Made by a program: the position numbers and the translations under genes. The notes under the pieces were generated by a model. That model saw only the letters and a list, made by a program, of their open reading frames with translations. It had not been told where the DNA came from and did no database searches. A stretch of DNA of 64,000 bases from Dehalococcoidia bacterium (lineage in GTDB: Bacteria; Chloroflexota; Dehalococcoidia; SZUA-161; SpSt-899): assembly GCA_046545575.1 (NCBI GenBank), contig JBKGZM010000001.1, forward strand, positions 2,729-66,728, written 5' to 3'. Each line of letters starts with the position of its first letter. The first letter of the stretch is position 1. This document shows, piece after piece, positions 36,364 through 44,907 of this stretch.

Positions 36364-36388
36364 TGCGCATATAGGAAATTAGTTTGTC

Positions 36389-36790
36389 ATGCAGGAAAGA
36401 TTGAGAGTATTCAAAGCCCTCTCCGAGGAAACAAGGATGAGGATTATGGGGGTGCTCCTCCAGCGAGAATGTTCAGTTTGTGAAGTGGCCCAGTCACTGA
36501 GTATTTCCCAAACCAGGGCTTCCCGCGGGTTAACTGCTCTCCATAACGCAGGGCTATCCAAGACAAGACGGGATGGACTATGGGTCCTTCATTCCATAGA
36601 TAAAGATACCGTTGAGAAATCTTGCCCCGGACTTCTGAACCTCCTTGATGAATGCCTGAATGATGAAGAAATATGCGTCATTGATCGGGAGAGACTGCGC
36701 CACGCAGTGCGGGAAAGCCCCTGCAACTATATCCTCGAATTGTCAGAAAAGGAAGAAGCATACTCTTGCGAAAGCGATAGTGTTGGCTAA
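36389..36790 (+). CDS. ArsR/SmtB family transcriptional regulator
   Basis: FKALSEETRMRIMGVLLQRECSVCEVAQSLSISQTRASRGLTAL (a winged HTH with CxxC in place of the ArsR CVC) and a Cys-containing C-terminal extension. Confidence 0.8.
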   Translation: MQERLRVFKALSEETRMRIMGVLLQRECSVCEVAQSLSISQTRASRGLTALHNAGLSKTRRDGLWVLHSIDKDTVEKSCPGLLNLLDECLNDEEICVIDRERLRHAVRESPCNYILELSEKEEAYSCESDSVG

Positions 36791-36823
36791 TAAATAATAA
36801 TTCGAAACTCGAAAGGGGGGAAG

Positions 36824-37237
36824 ATGGACCAGTTTGAACCGAAGATATTGGGATTTTGCTGTAACTGGTGCTCTTATGCTGGCGCCGACCTCGCTGGCAC
36901 TTCCCGAATGCAGCAAGCGACCAATGTGCGGATAATCAGGGTCATGTGTAGTGGCAGAGTTGACCCGACATTCATACTCAAAGCCTTTGAAGCAGGGGCT
37001 GACGGCGTGCTCATCGCCGGTTGCCATCCCGGAGATTGCCACTACATCGCAGGCAACTACAAAACTGCCCGGCGAATCTCTCTCCTCCAGAATATGTTAG
37101 AGCAACTCGGAATAGAGAAGGAGCGAGTCCGTATGGAGTGGGTTTCCGCCGCCGAGGGAGCGAAATTCACACAGGTAGTCAACGATTTTACAAAAACCCT
37201 CAAAGAATTGGGCGCAAGCCCAGTTAAAGCCCAATAA
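36824..37237 (+). CDS. mvhD: Methyl-viologen-reducing hydrogenase delta subunit (MvhD/FlpD family)
   Basis: ILGFCCNWCSYAGADLAG...VMCSGRVDPTFILKAFEAGADGVLIAGCHPGDCHY. Confidence 0.9.
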   Translation: MDQFEPKILGFCCNWCSYAGADLAGTSRMQQATNVRIIRVMCSGRVDPTFILKAFEAGADGVLIAGCHPGDCHYIAGNYKTARRISLLQNMLEQLGIEKERVRMEWVSAAEGAKFTQVVNDFTKTLKELGASPVKAQ

Positions 37238-37258
37238 ATTAAAAGGAAAGGAGCGAAC

Positions 37259-38236
37259 ATGGCTAAGCCGAAGGTTGCTTTTTACTGGAACGCATCGTGT
37301 GGCGGATGTGAGGAGACGGTCGTTGATCTGAATGAAGATATACTGAAGGTCGCAGACGCCGTCGACATAGTGCTATGGCCTGTCGCGCTGGATTTCAAGA
37401 GGAAGGATGTCGAAGCCCTGGCCGACGGGGAGATAGCAGTCAGCTTCATCAACGGGTCCATAAGACTGGAAGAACAGGAGGACATGGTAAAACTCCTCAG
37501 GCAGAAATCCGGACTGGTAGTGGCGTTTGGGGCATGTGCTCACATCGGCGGAATACCCGGACTGGGGAATTTCTGGAACAGGGAAACGATATTCGATCGG
37601 GCATATAAGGAAGTCCCAAGCGTTGAGAATCCGGAGGGAACACTGCCTCAGGAGAAAACAACAGTTGACGGCTGTGAACTAACCCTCCCGGAATTCTACG
37701 ACACAGTCAAGACATTGGACCAGACAATTGACGTGGATTACTACCTCCCGGGATGCCCCCCACCACCCGACCTCGTCATGAATGCCATAAACGCGATTTT
37801 GCAAGGCGATTTGCCCGAAAAGGGATCAGTACTCGCCCCTGCCAAAGCCCTGTGCGATACATGCCCTAGAAGGGACTCAAAGCCGGAGAAAATATCGATC
37901 TCCGAGGTGAAGAGGCCGTGGGAAATCAAGATGGACCCTGAGACATGCTTCCTGGCACAGGGCGTGATCTGTCTCGGTCCCGCTACTCGCTCAGGATGCG
38001 GTGAGACCTGTATCAGAGCCAACATGCCCTGCCGTGGATGCTTCGGCCCGGTGGACGGAGTTGCGGATCAGGGCGCAAGGGCCCTCTCGGCAATCGCCTC
38101 CATACTGGGACTCGAGGGCGAGGAAAATATGCCCGAGCAGGACGTCCAGAAGCTGGTCGATCAAATCGTAGACCCCGCTGGGACATTCTACAGGTTCGGT
38201 CTCCCAGCTTCTCTACTTCGAAGAAAGAAGATGTAG
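37259..38236 (+). CDS. mvhG: [NiFe] hydrogenase small subunit, group 3c (MvhG-like)
   Basis: KVAFYWNASCGGCEETVVDL. At 325 aa it is much larger than HoxY. It has C-terminal Cys clusters (CDTCPR; CLGPATRSGCGETCIRANMPCRGCFGP). Confidence 0.85.
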   Translation: MAKPKVAFYWNASCGGCEETVVDLNEDILKVADAVDIVLWPVALDFKRKDVEALADGEIAVSFINGSIRLEEQEDMVKLLRQKSGLVVAFGACAHIGGIPGLGNFWNRETIFDRAYKEVPSVENPEGTLPQEKTTVDGCELTLPEFYDTVKTLDQTIDVDYYLPGCPPPPDLVMNAINAILQGDLPEKGSVLAPAKALCDTCPRRDSKPEKISISEVKRPWEIKMDPETCFLAQGVICLGPATRSGCGETCIRANMPCRGCFGPVDGVADQGARALSAIASILGLEGEENMPEQDVQKLVDQIVDPAGTFYRFGLPASLLRRKKM

Positions 38237-38268
38237 TAACTCGGAACTGACAGCACAAGGAGGAGATA

Positions 38269-39735
38269 ATGAAACAGATAACCATAGATCCGATTACCAG
38301 ACTTGAGGGACATGGCAAGATCGAGATCTTCCTCAATGATGAGGGAGAGGTCCATCAAGCTTATCTCCAGGTACCCGAACTTCGGGGTTTTGAGAAGTTC
38401 TCTGAGGGAAGGCCGGCAGAGGAGATGCCCAGGATCACCACCATGATCTGCGGGGTCTGTCCCACTGCTCACCACATGGCCGCCACCAAAACGCTCGATG
38501 ACCTGTGGAAGGTGGAGCCAACCTCAACGGCGAAGAAAATAAGACGTTTGATGTACAATGCCTTCCAGGCGGAAGACCATCTGCTCCACTTCTTCTTCCT
38601 CGGCGGCCCCGATTTCATCGTCGGCCCGACGGCACCGGCTGCGGAAAGGAATATACTGGGCGTTGTCGGCAAAGTCGGGACGGAGGCCGGTGGCAAAGTA
38701 ATAGAGGCCAGAAAGAGGCTCAGAAACGTGCTGAGGATAATCGGGGGCAAACCGGTTATGCCCACCTGTGGGCTTCCCGGTGGCGTGTCGAAGGCGATTA
38801 CCGAGGAGGAAAGACAAAGTTGTATAGAGGCAGGGGAATATGCAGTTGACCTTTGCCAGTTTGCCTTAAAGGCCTTCGATGATATAGTGCTGAACAACAA
38901 GGAATATGTCGACCTTATAACTGGTGACGCCTTTACCCACAGGACCTACTACATGGGGCTCGTGGATGAAAACAACAAGGTAGACTTCTACGATGGCATG
39001 ATCAGAGTGGTTGACCCCAATGGTAAGGAATTCGCCAAATTCAGGCCACAGGAATACCTCGACCACGTCAGGGAGCATGTCGAACCGTGGAGCTACATCA
39101 AGTTCTGTTATCTTAAGAACGTGGGATGGAATGGTTTCACCGATGGGGAAGACAGCGGGGTTTACAGAGTGGCACCACTCGCCCGACTCAACGCAGCGGA
39201 TGGGATGCCCACCCCGCTTGCTCAGGAAGCTTACAACAAGATGTACGAGACCCTGGGAGGCAAGCCGGTCCACCATACTCTGGCTTACCACTGGGCCCGG
39301 CTGATTGAGGCGCTTTCCGCTTCGGAGCAGGTGCTGGACCTTGCCAAAGATCCTGAGCTTACCTCCGATGACATCGTAAACCTGCCAACTGCAACTCCGA
39401 AGGAGGGCGTCGGTGTGGTTGAAGCTCCCAGAGGGACCCTGTTCCATCACTATGAGACAGATGAGAAAGGTATCCTGACAAAGGTTAATTTGATCGTGGC
39501 CACAACCAATAACGCTGCTCCCATCAATATGTCGATCGAGAAAGCCGCCAGAGCACTCATACACAACGGAGAGGTTAACGACGGGCTTCTCAACATGGTT
39601 GAGATGGGATTCAGGGCTTACGATCCTTGCCACGCCTGTGCAACCCATAGCTTGCCAAGTGAAACGCCGCTGGAGGTCACAGTCCGCGATTCCCAGGGCA
39701 ATGAGCTTAGAAAATTGACCAGAAACCTCGGTTAA
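38269..39735 (+). CDS. mvhA: [NiFe] hydrogenase large subunit, group 3c (MvhA-like)
   Basis: RLEGHGKIEI, N-terminal Ni-binding motif MICGVCPTAHH, C-terminal DPCHACATH and a cleavable extension. Confidence 0.9.
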   Translation: MKQITIDPITRLEGHGKIEIFLNDEGEVHQAYLQVPELRGFEKFSEGRPAEEMPRITTMICGVCPTAHHMAATKTLDDLWKVEPTSTAKKIRRLMYNAFQAEDHLLHFFFLGGPDFIVGPTAPAAERNILGVVGKVGTEAGGKVIEARKRLRNVLRIIGGKPVMPTCGLPGGVSKAITEEERQSCIEAGEYAVDLCQFALKAFDDIVLNNKEYVDLITGDAFTHRTYYMGLVDENNKVDFYDGMIRVVDPNGKEFAKFRPQEYLDHVREHVEPWSYIKFCYLKNVGWNGFTDGEDSGVYRVAPLARLNAADGMPTPLAQEAYNKMYETLGGKPVHHTLAYHWARLIEALSASEQVLDLAKDPELTSDDIVNLPTATPKEGVGVVEAPRGTLFHHYETDEKGILTKVNLIVATTNNAAPINMSIEKAARALIHNGEVNDGLLNMVEMGFRAYDPCHACATHSLPSETPLEVTVRDSQGNELRKLTRNLG

Positions 39736-39756
39736 AACCGGGGTGCCTGTTCACCG

Positions 39757-39815
39757 CGTCATCGCGAGTTCGCCCCTGGCGGACTCCGAGGGCCCACCAT
39801 AGGTGGGCAATGACG
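39757..39815. repeat. REP-like palindromic element
   Basis: Termini CGTCATCGC and GCAATGACG are inverted, and there is an internal hairpin GCCCACC-ATA-GGTGGGC. Confidence 0.6.
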
Positions 39816-39978
39816 TTCCCTGAGGTTATCATTCCGTGCTCTTGACACGGATTCCAGCAGGCTGGGTGCTTAGTCCAGTTCAGTAAATAATTCAGCATGG
39901 TATGGTTTTGCCATTCCATGTTGCGAGAAATCGTAGGGAACGAAACAGTAAAACGAAGAGTTTAGTTAGGAGTCAAGG

Positions 39979-41796
39979 ATGAGTTCTCAAGCTGAAGCAC
40001 AGATCAAAGAGGTGATTGATCAGTCTACCGGAAAAGTATACCTGCCCCCTTGCCAAATAGCCTGCCCCGTCGGGGAGGATATCCAGCGTACAAACACCCT
40101 GATATCAATGCTCCCCCCGGATCCCGAGAAGGCCAAAGGCCTGATACAAGAGATAGGGGATGAGATTTACGAGAAGAACCCCCTTTTCACAGTTTGTGGT
40201 TACATTTGTGGCCTTTGTGAGAATGAGTGTAACTACAGAGATCACACAGGCTCTATAAGACGAACAAGGCTCAAGCGCTTCCTTACCGAGTACTATCTCC
40301 CGTATCTGGACCAAAAGCCAGCATTCGCTCCGCCTACCAAAGAAAAGGTAGCTGTCATCGGAGGCGGTCCGGGAGGTTTAATGTGTGCGTACATGCTGAG
40401 CAAGCAAGGCTACGCCGTGACCATCCTCGAGAGGGGAGATCGGCTCGGAGGAGCTCTTAGATATATTCCTCTTTACCGTCTTACTGAAAATATTACGGAC
40501 AGGACGATAAATAATTTGGTTCGAATCGCCAATATAGATGTTCAGTTCGGCGTAACAATGGGCAATGGAGGAAAAACGCTCGCCGACCTCAAGAGTGAAG
40601 GTTACCAGGCAGTATTCGTTGCCACGGGCACCCATCTCCCCCGCCCCCTCACATTCGGCAGGGAAAAAGTCGAAGGAACAGACCTGGAAGGCGTCATGTT
40701 CGGGTTGAGTCTCCTTCAAGAAGTGAATCAGGGGCTCGTCTCACCTGACCGCTTCCAGGGTAAGAGGGTAATCGTCATCGGCGGCGGCAACGTGGCTTTT
40801 GATGCAGCCAGGACAGCACGGAGGCTCGGTGGAGATGTCCGGCTCGTGTGTTTGGAATCCAAAGATAAATCGTCAAAAGACGGCATTCCTGCCGATACGG
40901 AAGAGATAGAAGGCGCTACTGAGGAGGGAATCAGCATAACATACTCGCGTGGGGTCAGGGAGATAGTCAGTGAGAACGGGAAATTCAAAGCGATCAAGTC
41001 GCCACGATGCACATCGGTGTTCGATGAGAACGGATTCAATCCTCAGTTCGACGAAAGCGACGAAATGTACATGGAAGGAGACGTCCTCCTGGTCACAATC
41101 GGGCAGGCTCCGGAGCGCGATTTTTTCCAGCAGGAAGAATTGCTCAACGAGCGCGGAAGGCTGGATGTTGATCAGACCACCCTTATGAGCAACCGCAAAG
41201 AAGGGGTCTTCATCGGGGGCGACGTCAGGCGTGTTGGTTTTGCCGCCGATGCAATGCAGGAGGGAGCGACCGCAGCCGAGTCGATAGACCGGTATATCAG
41301 AGGAGTAGCCCTCAACTCGGATAGGGAGAAGGAATACGAAAAGGCGGACATCCCTCAATGTTTGCAGTACAAACCCCAGCCTGAACTGACATTAGCGCCG
41401 GCGGAAGAAAGGATGAACTTCCAGCCCTTTGAGGAGCTGCTCACTCTGGAAGAAGCCATCAAGGAAGCCCGCAGGTGTCTTGATTGCGGACCCTGTGAAA
41501 GTTGTAAAGCATGTGTTAAACTAGAGCTACAATCAGAGTTGCCACAGGTCACAGTTAATGAGGATCTGTGCAGCGGATGTGGCGTCTGTGTTGCCGTCTG
41601 TCGATATGATGCTCCCAGGCTCGAGCATTCTGGAGAGGCTCTTAAGGCCATTATAGATGACATCAAGTGCAAGCGATGCGGGCTATGTGTAAGTGCGTGC
41701 CCCTCCGGAGCTATAAACACAACAGACGGACTTACGGAGTTTATAGATACGTTGACCAGCAGCGAGGCAGCGCTAATAGCCCAGAGCACAGCGTGA
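39979..41796 (+). CDS. NfnB/GltD-like FAD-dependent NAD(P)H oxidoreductase with a C-terminal 2x[4Fe-4S] ferredoxin domain
   Basis: N-terminal Fe-S motifs (PPCQIACPVGEDI; CGYICGLCENEC), VAVIGGGPGGLMCAYML, VIGGGNVAFDAAR, and C-terminal CSGCGVCVAVC and CKRCGLCVSACP. Confidence 0.8.
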   Translation: MSSQAEAQIKEVIDQSTGKVYLPPCQIACPVGEDIQRTNTLISMLPPDPEKAKGLIQEIGDEIYEKNPLFTVCGYICGLCENECNYRDHTGSIRRTRLKRFLTEYYLPYLDQKPAFAPPTKEKVAVIGGGPGGLMCAYMLSKQGYAVTILERGDRLGGALRYIPLYRLTENITDRTINNLVRIANIDVQFGVTMGNGGKTLADLKSEGYQAVFVATGTHLPRPLTFGREKVEGTDLEGVMFGLSLLQEVNQGLVSPDRFQGKRVIVIGGGNVAFDAARTARRLGGDVRLVCLESKDKSSKDGIPADTEEIEGATEEGISITYSRGVREIVSENGKFKAIKSPRCTSVFDENGFNPQFDESDEMYMEGDVLLVTIGQAPERDFFQQEELLNERGRLDVDQTTLMSNRKEGVFIGGDVRRVGFAADAMQEGATAAESIDRYIRGVALNSDREKEYEKADIPQCLQYKPQPELTLAPAEERMNFQPFEELLTLEEAIKEARRCLDCGPCESCKACVKLELQSELPQVTVNEDLCSGCGVCVAVCRYDAPRLEHSGEALKAIIDDIKCKRCGLCVSACPSGAINTTDGLTEFIDTLTSSEAALIAQSTA

Positions 41797-41841
41797 GTAT
41801 TTAGCCTCGCTTGTAAATAGCGGCACAAAGGGGTTAAGATA

Positions 41842-42060
41842 ATGCCCATATATGAGTATGTGTGCCCGAATTGCAAGTTGAAATTCGAGATGCTCCGTAC
41901 AATGAGCCAGGCAGATGCAGTGGCTACATGCCCCGAGTGCAGCACCGGGTCTCGAAGGGTTCCCTCAACATTCTGCGGGAACTCCGAAGATGGGCCCATA
42001 GGGGGTAGCTCGTGCGGCACCTGCTCTTCCGCTAGCTGCAGCACCTGCTCTTTAGGATAG
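41842..42060 (+). CDS. FmdB-family zinc-ribbon protein (CxxC_CxxC_SSSS)
   Basis: MPIYEYVCPNCKLKFE...CPECS with a Cys/Ser-rich tail. Confidence 0.8.
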   Translation: MPIYEYVCPNCKLKFEMLRTMSQADAVATCPECSTGSRRVPSTFCGNSEDGPIGGSSCGTCSSASCSTCSLG

Positions 42061-42063
42061 AAA

Positions 42064-42300
42064 ATGGAAGCCGAAGAGATGCGCTTCATTTGCCAGTCAT
42101 GCGGGAAAGAGGTAGAGGATTCCTCTGGAGAACCCCCATGTGAGGTTCTCAAGGGCTGGGTTACGGTTTCCCATTGGTACGGACGAGGCGATGTTGATCA
42201 CTATACATTCTGTTCATTTGCGTGCCTTAGATCCTGGGTGGATGCCCAGGTTCCGCAGATACCTAACATATTCCTAAAATCCTTTGACGAAGGAGACTAA
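42064..42300 (+). CDS. Small Cys-containing hypothetical protein (78 aa)
   Basis: An ORF packed tightly between neighbours (4 nt after the FmdB stop and abutting the next ATG), with CQSC...C...CSFAC. No family recognised. Confidence 0.5.
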   Translation: MEAEEMRFICQSCGKEVEDSSGEPPCEVLKGWVTVSHWYGRGDVDHYTFCSFACLRSWVDAQVPQIPNIFLKSFDEGD

Positions 42301-43467
42301 ATGGATATGGTTAACGAGGCTCAGAAACAGGTTGGCGTCCACATAAACGACGAGTACTGCAGTCGGTGTTTCATCTGTTCCTCTCTTTGTCCCTTCGACG
42401 CGATAAGGAAAGACCCGGAAACTGACAAGATGGTTCTGGACATCGAGAAATGCCAGACATGCGGGCTGTGTTACTCCTCATGTCCCGCCCAGGCTATCGA
42501 CATCATCTACTACGACATGAATTCCCTAACCAGGTACCTGGAAAGGGCAAAGCAGGAATACGCCAGCGACACCTTGATGATCATGTGTAAGGGATGCGCC
42601 CCTGAGACCGAGGTTGTCGAGAAGATATTCGGGATATCCAAATTTGTGCCTTTGTCCGTACCATGCGTAGGACGAGTGCCGGAGAATGTCTTCTTGAAAG
42701 CCATATCCGCTCTGGGAATGAAGAAGATATATGTCCTTGCCTGTGAAGAGGACTATTGCCGTTTCGAGCGTGGAAGCTCAGTGGCAACCCGGAAGATATT
42801 AGCGCTTAATCTCCTTCTGGAGCAGCTTGGCTATGGCAAGCCCATTACCCTGAGACAAAATAGCCTTAAGGTAACGGTGAACAAGGATAAATGTATCGCC
42901 TGTGGCAACTGTGCATATCACTGCCCCTACGGTGCGGCTACTCTGATAAGCGGAACAGCAGATATAGATGAGGCATCCTGTCATGGCTGTGGACTTTGCG
43001 TGAGCTTGTGCCCGGCCTTCGCGCTGGAACTGGATTACTGGGAAGGTGACCGCATATCTGCCCAGGTCTCGAGCCTGATGTCGGGGAAGGCAAAGCCAAA
43101 ATTTCTTGTCTTTCGCTGCCAATGGTCTGTTTTCCCCTCTCTTAACGGGACCACTGACCCGGATGTAGGAATCATAGAGTTGCCGTGTGCCGGCAGAGTC
43201 GATGCCCTGCATGTGCTGGAAGCACTCGACAAAGGAGCAGAGGGCGTTATGATAGCCGCCTGTCCCGAAGAGGACTGCAAATCGGAGACAGGAAGCAAGG
43301 AAGCCGAGAGATCAATAACAGCGTTAAAGAAAACGCTCAGCCAGATCGGCTTGGACGAAAAGCTCCACTTCTACTCAGTATCACCACGCTATCCCGGAGC
43401 GTTTGATGACGCTCTGAAAGATTTCAAGGAGAAATTAGCAAATCCCTCAAAGGAGACTGCGGAATGA
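42301..43467 (+). CDS. Tandem (2x[4Fe-4S] ferredoxin + MvhD-like) iron-sulfur protein
   Basis: CSRCFICSSLCP and CQTCGLCYSSCP, then a degenerate MvhD-like unit (VPCVGRVPENVFLKAISALGMKKIYVLACEEDYC). This is followed by CIACGNCAYHCP and CHGCGLCVSLCP and a canonical MvhD unit (FRCQWS..LPCAGRVDALHVLEALDKGAEGVMIAACPEEDC). Confidence 0.75.
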   Translation: MDMVNEAQKQVGVHINDEYCSRCFICSSLCPFDAIRKDPETDKMVLDIEKCQTCGLCYSSCPAQAIDIIYYDMNSLTRYLERAKQEYASDTLMIMCKGCAPETEVVEKIFGISKFVPLSVPCVGRVPENVFLKAISALGMKKIYVLACEEDYCRFERGSSVATRKILALNLLLEQLGYGKPITLRQNSLKVTVNKDKCIACGNCAYHCPYGAATLISGTADIDEASCHGCGLCVSLCPAFALELDYWEGDRISAQVSSLMSGKAKPKFLVFRCQWSVFPSLNGTTDPDVGIIELPCAGRVDALHVLEALDKGAEGVMIAACPEEDCKSETGSKEAERSITALKKTLSQIGLDEKLHFYSVSPRYPGAFDDALKDFKEKLANPSKETAE

Positions 43468-44114
43468 TTATAACAACACAGAAACCGCTCGACGAGATCC
43501 TTGACTTCTTATCGCCCTACACGAATGTTTTGATCGCCGGTTGCGACGGCTGCACTCAGCCCCCAAGGGGGCTAAGAGAGGCTCAAACCCTTGCTCAGAT
43601 CATTGAGCTAGCGGGGCAGTTGAGAGGCAAGAAATTCAATCTCAAAACAATGACCGTACCCAAGCAATGTGACTCCTACATCACCCTGACCGCCATGGAG
43701 CCTCATGTGAAGGACGTGGAAGCTATTCTGTCACTGGCCTGCGGACTCGGGCCGCAGACCATAAGCCAGGTTCTGCCTGATCTATCCGCATTCCCGGCTC
43801 AAAACACCGTGTTCATGGGAACGGAGACCCGGGAAGAAGATGTCATCGAGGAAAGGTGCGCCGCCTGCGGCGACTGCGTTCTGGGACTGACCGGCGGGAT
43901 CTGCCCTATTTCCCGGTGTGCTAAAAGCCTGCTTAACGGCCCATGTGGTGGCACTAGACCAGATGGCAAATGCGAAATAGACCCGGAAAAGGACTGTGCT
44001 TGGTACCTCATCATCAAACGACTGGAGAAACTGGGCCAACTCTCCGCGTTGGAAGAAATCCAGCCACCTAAGAATTACGGGCAGCTAGTGAGCGGGAAGG
44101 TCAGCAAGCACTGA
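43464..44114 (+). CDS. metV: MetV-like protein (methylenetetrahydrofolate reductase C-terminal-domain-like zinc/Fe-S protein)
   Basis: LIAGCDGCTQ ... CAACGDCVLGLTGGICPISRCAKSLLNGPCGGTRPDGKCEIDPEKDCAWY. Confidence 0.7.
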   Translation: MIITTQKPLDEILDFLSPYTNVLIAGCDGCTQPPRGLREAQTLAQIIELAGQLRGKKFNLKTMTVPKQCDSYITLTAMEPHVKDVEAILSLACGLGPQTISQVLPDLSAFPAQNTVFMGTETREEDVIEERCAACGDCVLGLTGGICPISRCAKSLLNGPCGGTRPDGKCEIDPEKDCAWYLIIKRLEKLGQLSALEEIQPPKNYGQLVSGKVSKH

Positions 44115-44141
44115 TTTGACCGTTTTCAGTCTCTGACACAG

Positions 44142-44158
44142 GAACAGCTCGGCTGTTC
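44142..44158 (+). terminator. Weak hairpin after the metV-like gene
   Basis: GAACAGC-TCG-GCTGTTC followed by a T-rich tract. Confidence 0.3.
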
Positions 44159-44184
44159 TCCTTGGCCCTTTCCTTTTGGCCGTT

Positions 44185-44241
44185 TTGACATCCATTTACT
44201 TTTCGTGCTATCATTTACTTGTTGACCATTTTAGTCAACAA
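44185..44241 (+). promoter_or_regulatory. Sigma-70-like promoter plus an inverted-repeat operator candidate upstream of the Rrf2 gene
   Basis: TTGACA, an 18-nt spacer and TATCAT (44185-44214), followed by TTGTTGAC-N7-GTCAACAA (44219-44241) at about +1. Confidence 0.5.
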
Positions 44242-44257
44242 AAATGTGGGTTAATTA

Positions 44258-44686
44258 ATGAAACTCTCAACAAGAGCAAGATACGGGACCAGAGCACTTG
44301 TAGAGCTTGCGCTCCATTGGGGAGAGGGAGCGGTTCTGTTGAGGGATATAGCTAGCAGGCAGAACATCCCCTTACCTTACCTGGAGCACTTGATCAGTCC
44401 TCTCGTACAAGCCGGGATAGTCAAAAGCACCAGAGGTGCACGGGGCGGGTTATCCCTTGCCAAGTCACCTGAGGAGATTACACTTAGTGAAGTCATCCCG
44501 CTCCTTGAGGGCTCAATCGACCTCCTGGATTGTGTGAACAATCCGGAGAGTTGCCCTTATTCGGATACATGCGTAACGCGACGGATATGGGTCGAGTTGA
44601 AGGAGTCCATGGACAAGACGCTACAATCAGTAACCTTACAGGATTTAGTAACGCAAGAAAACGGGAACCAGTCTACAAGGAGGTAG
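44258..44686 (+). CDS. Rrf2 family transcriptional regulator (IscR-like)
   Basis: [19 protein letters not shown]... with a Cys cluster (C..x6..C..x5..C) in a 142-aa protein. Confidence 0.85.
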   Translation: MKLSTRARYGTRALVELALHWGEGAVLLRDIASRQNIPLPYLEHLISPLVQAGIVKSTRGARGGLSLAKSPEEITLSEVIPLLEGSIDLLDCVNNPESCPYSDTCVTRRIWVELKESMDKTLQSVTLQDLVTQENGNQSTRR

Positions 44687-44688
44687 CA

Positions 44689-44907
44689 ATGAAGGAGAAG
44701 GTAGAGGAAGCCCTGCAGAAAATAAGACCTGCCTTACAGGCGGATGGCGGTGATGTTCAGCTTGTAGACGTCACTGACGGAGTGGTCAAGGTACAGTTGA
44801 CGGGTGCATGCGGCGGTTGCCCAATGGCTACTATGACCCTGAAAAATGGCATCGAGAAGGTGCTCAAGGAGCAGGTGCCAGAGGTCAAAGAAGTAGTTGC
44901 CGTCTAA
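44689..44907 (+). CDS. NifU C-terminal domain-like Fe-S assembly protein
   Basis: [48 protein letters not shown] 44689 follows AAGGAGG. The track ORF from 44530 overlaps the Rrf2 gene. Confidence 0.85.
   Translation: MKEKVEEALQKIRPALQADGGDVQLVDVTDGVVKVQLTGACGGCPMATMTLKNGIEKVLKEQVPEVKEVVAV

Noticed and set aside
36170-36382. A 70-aa ORF in the hoxU-arsR intergenic region
   Set aside because: It overlaps two terminator hairpins and the arsR promoter and operator. It has no RBS and an implausible composition.
39898-39912. A sigma-54-like site, TGGTATGGTTTTGCC, upstream of the NfnB-like gene
   Set aside because: The GG-to-GC spacing is one nt shorter than the strict consensus, and the -24 half (TGGTAT) is weak.
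41355-42152. A 265-aa minus-strand ORF
   Set aside because: It is antisense to the 3' end of the NfnB-like gene and to two tightly packed small genes. It is Ser/Leu/His-rich and has no RBS.
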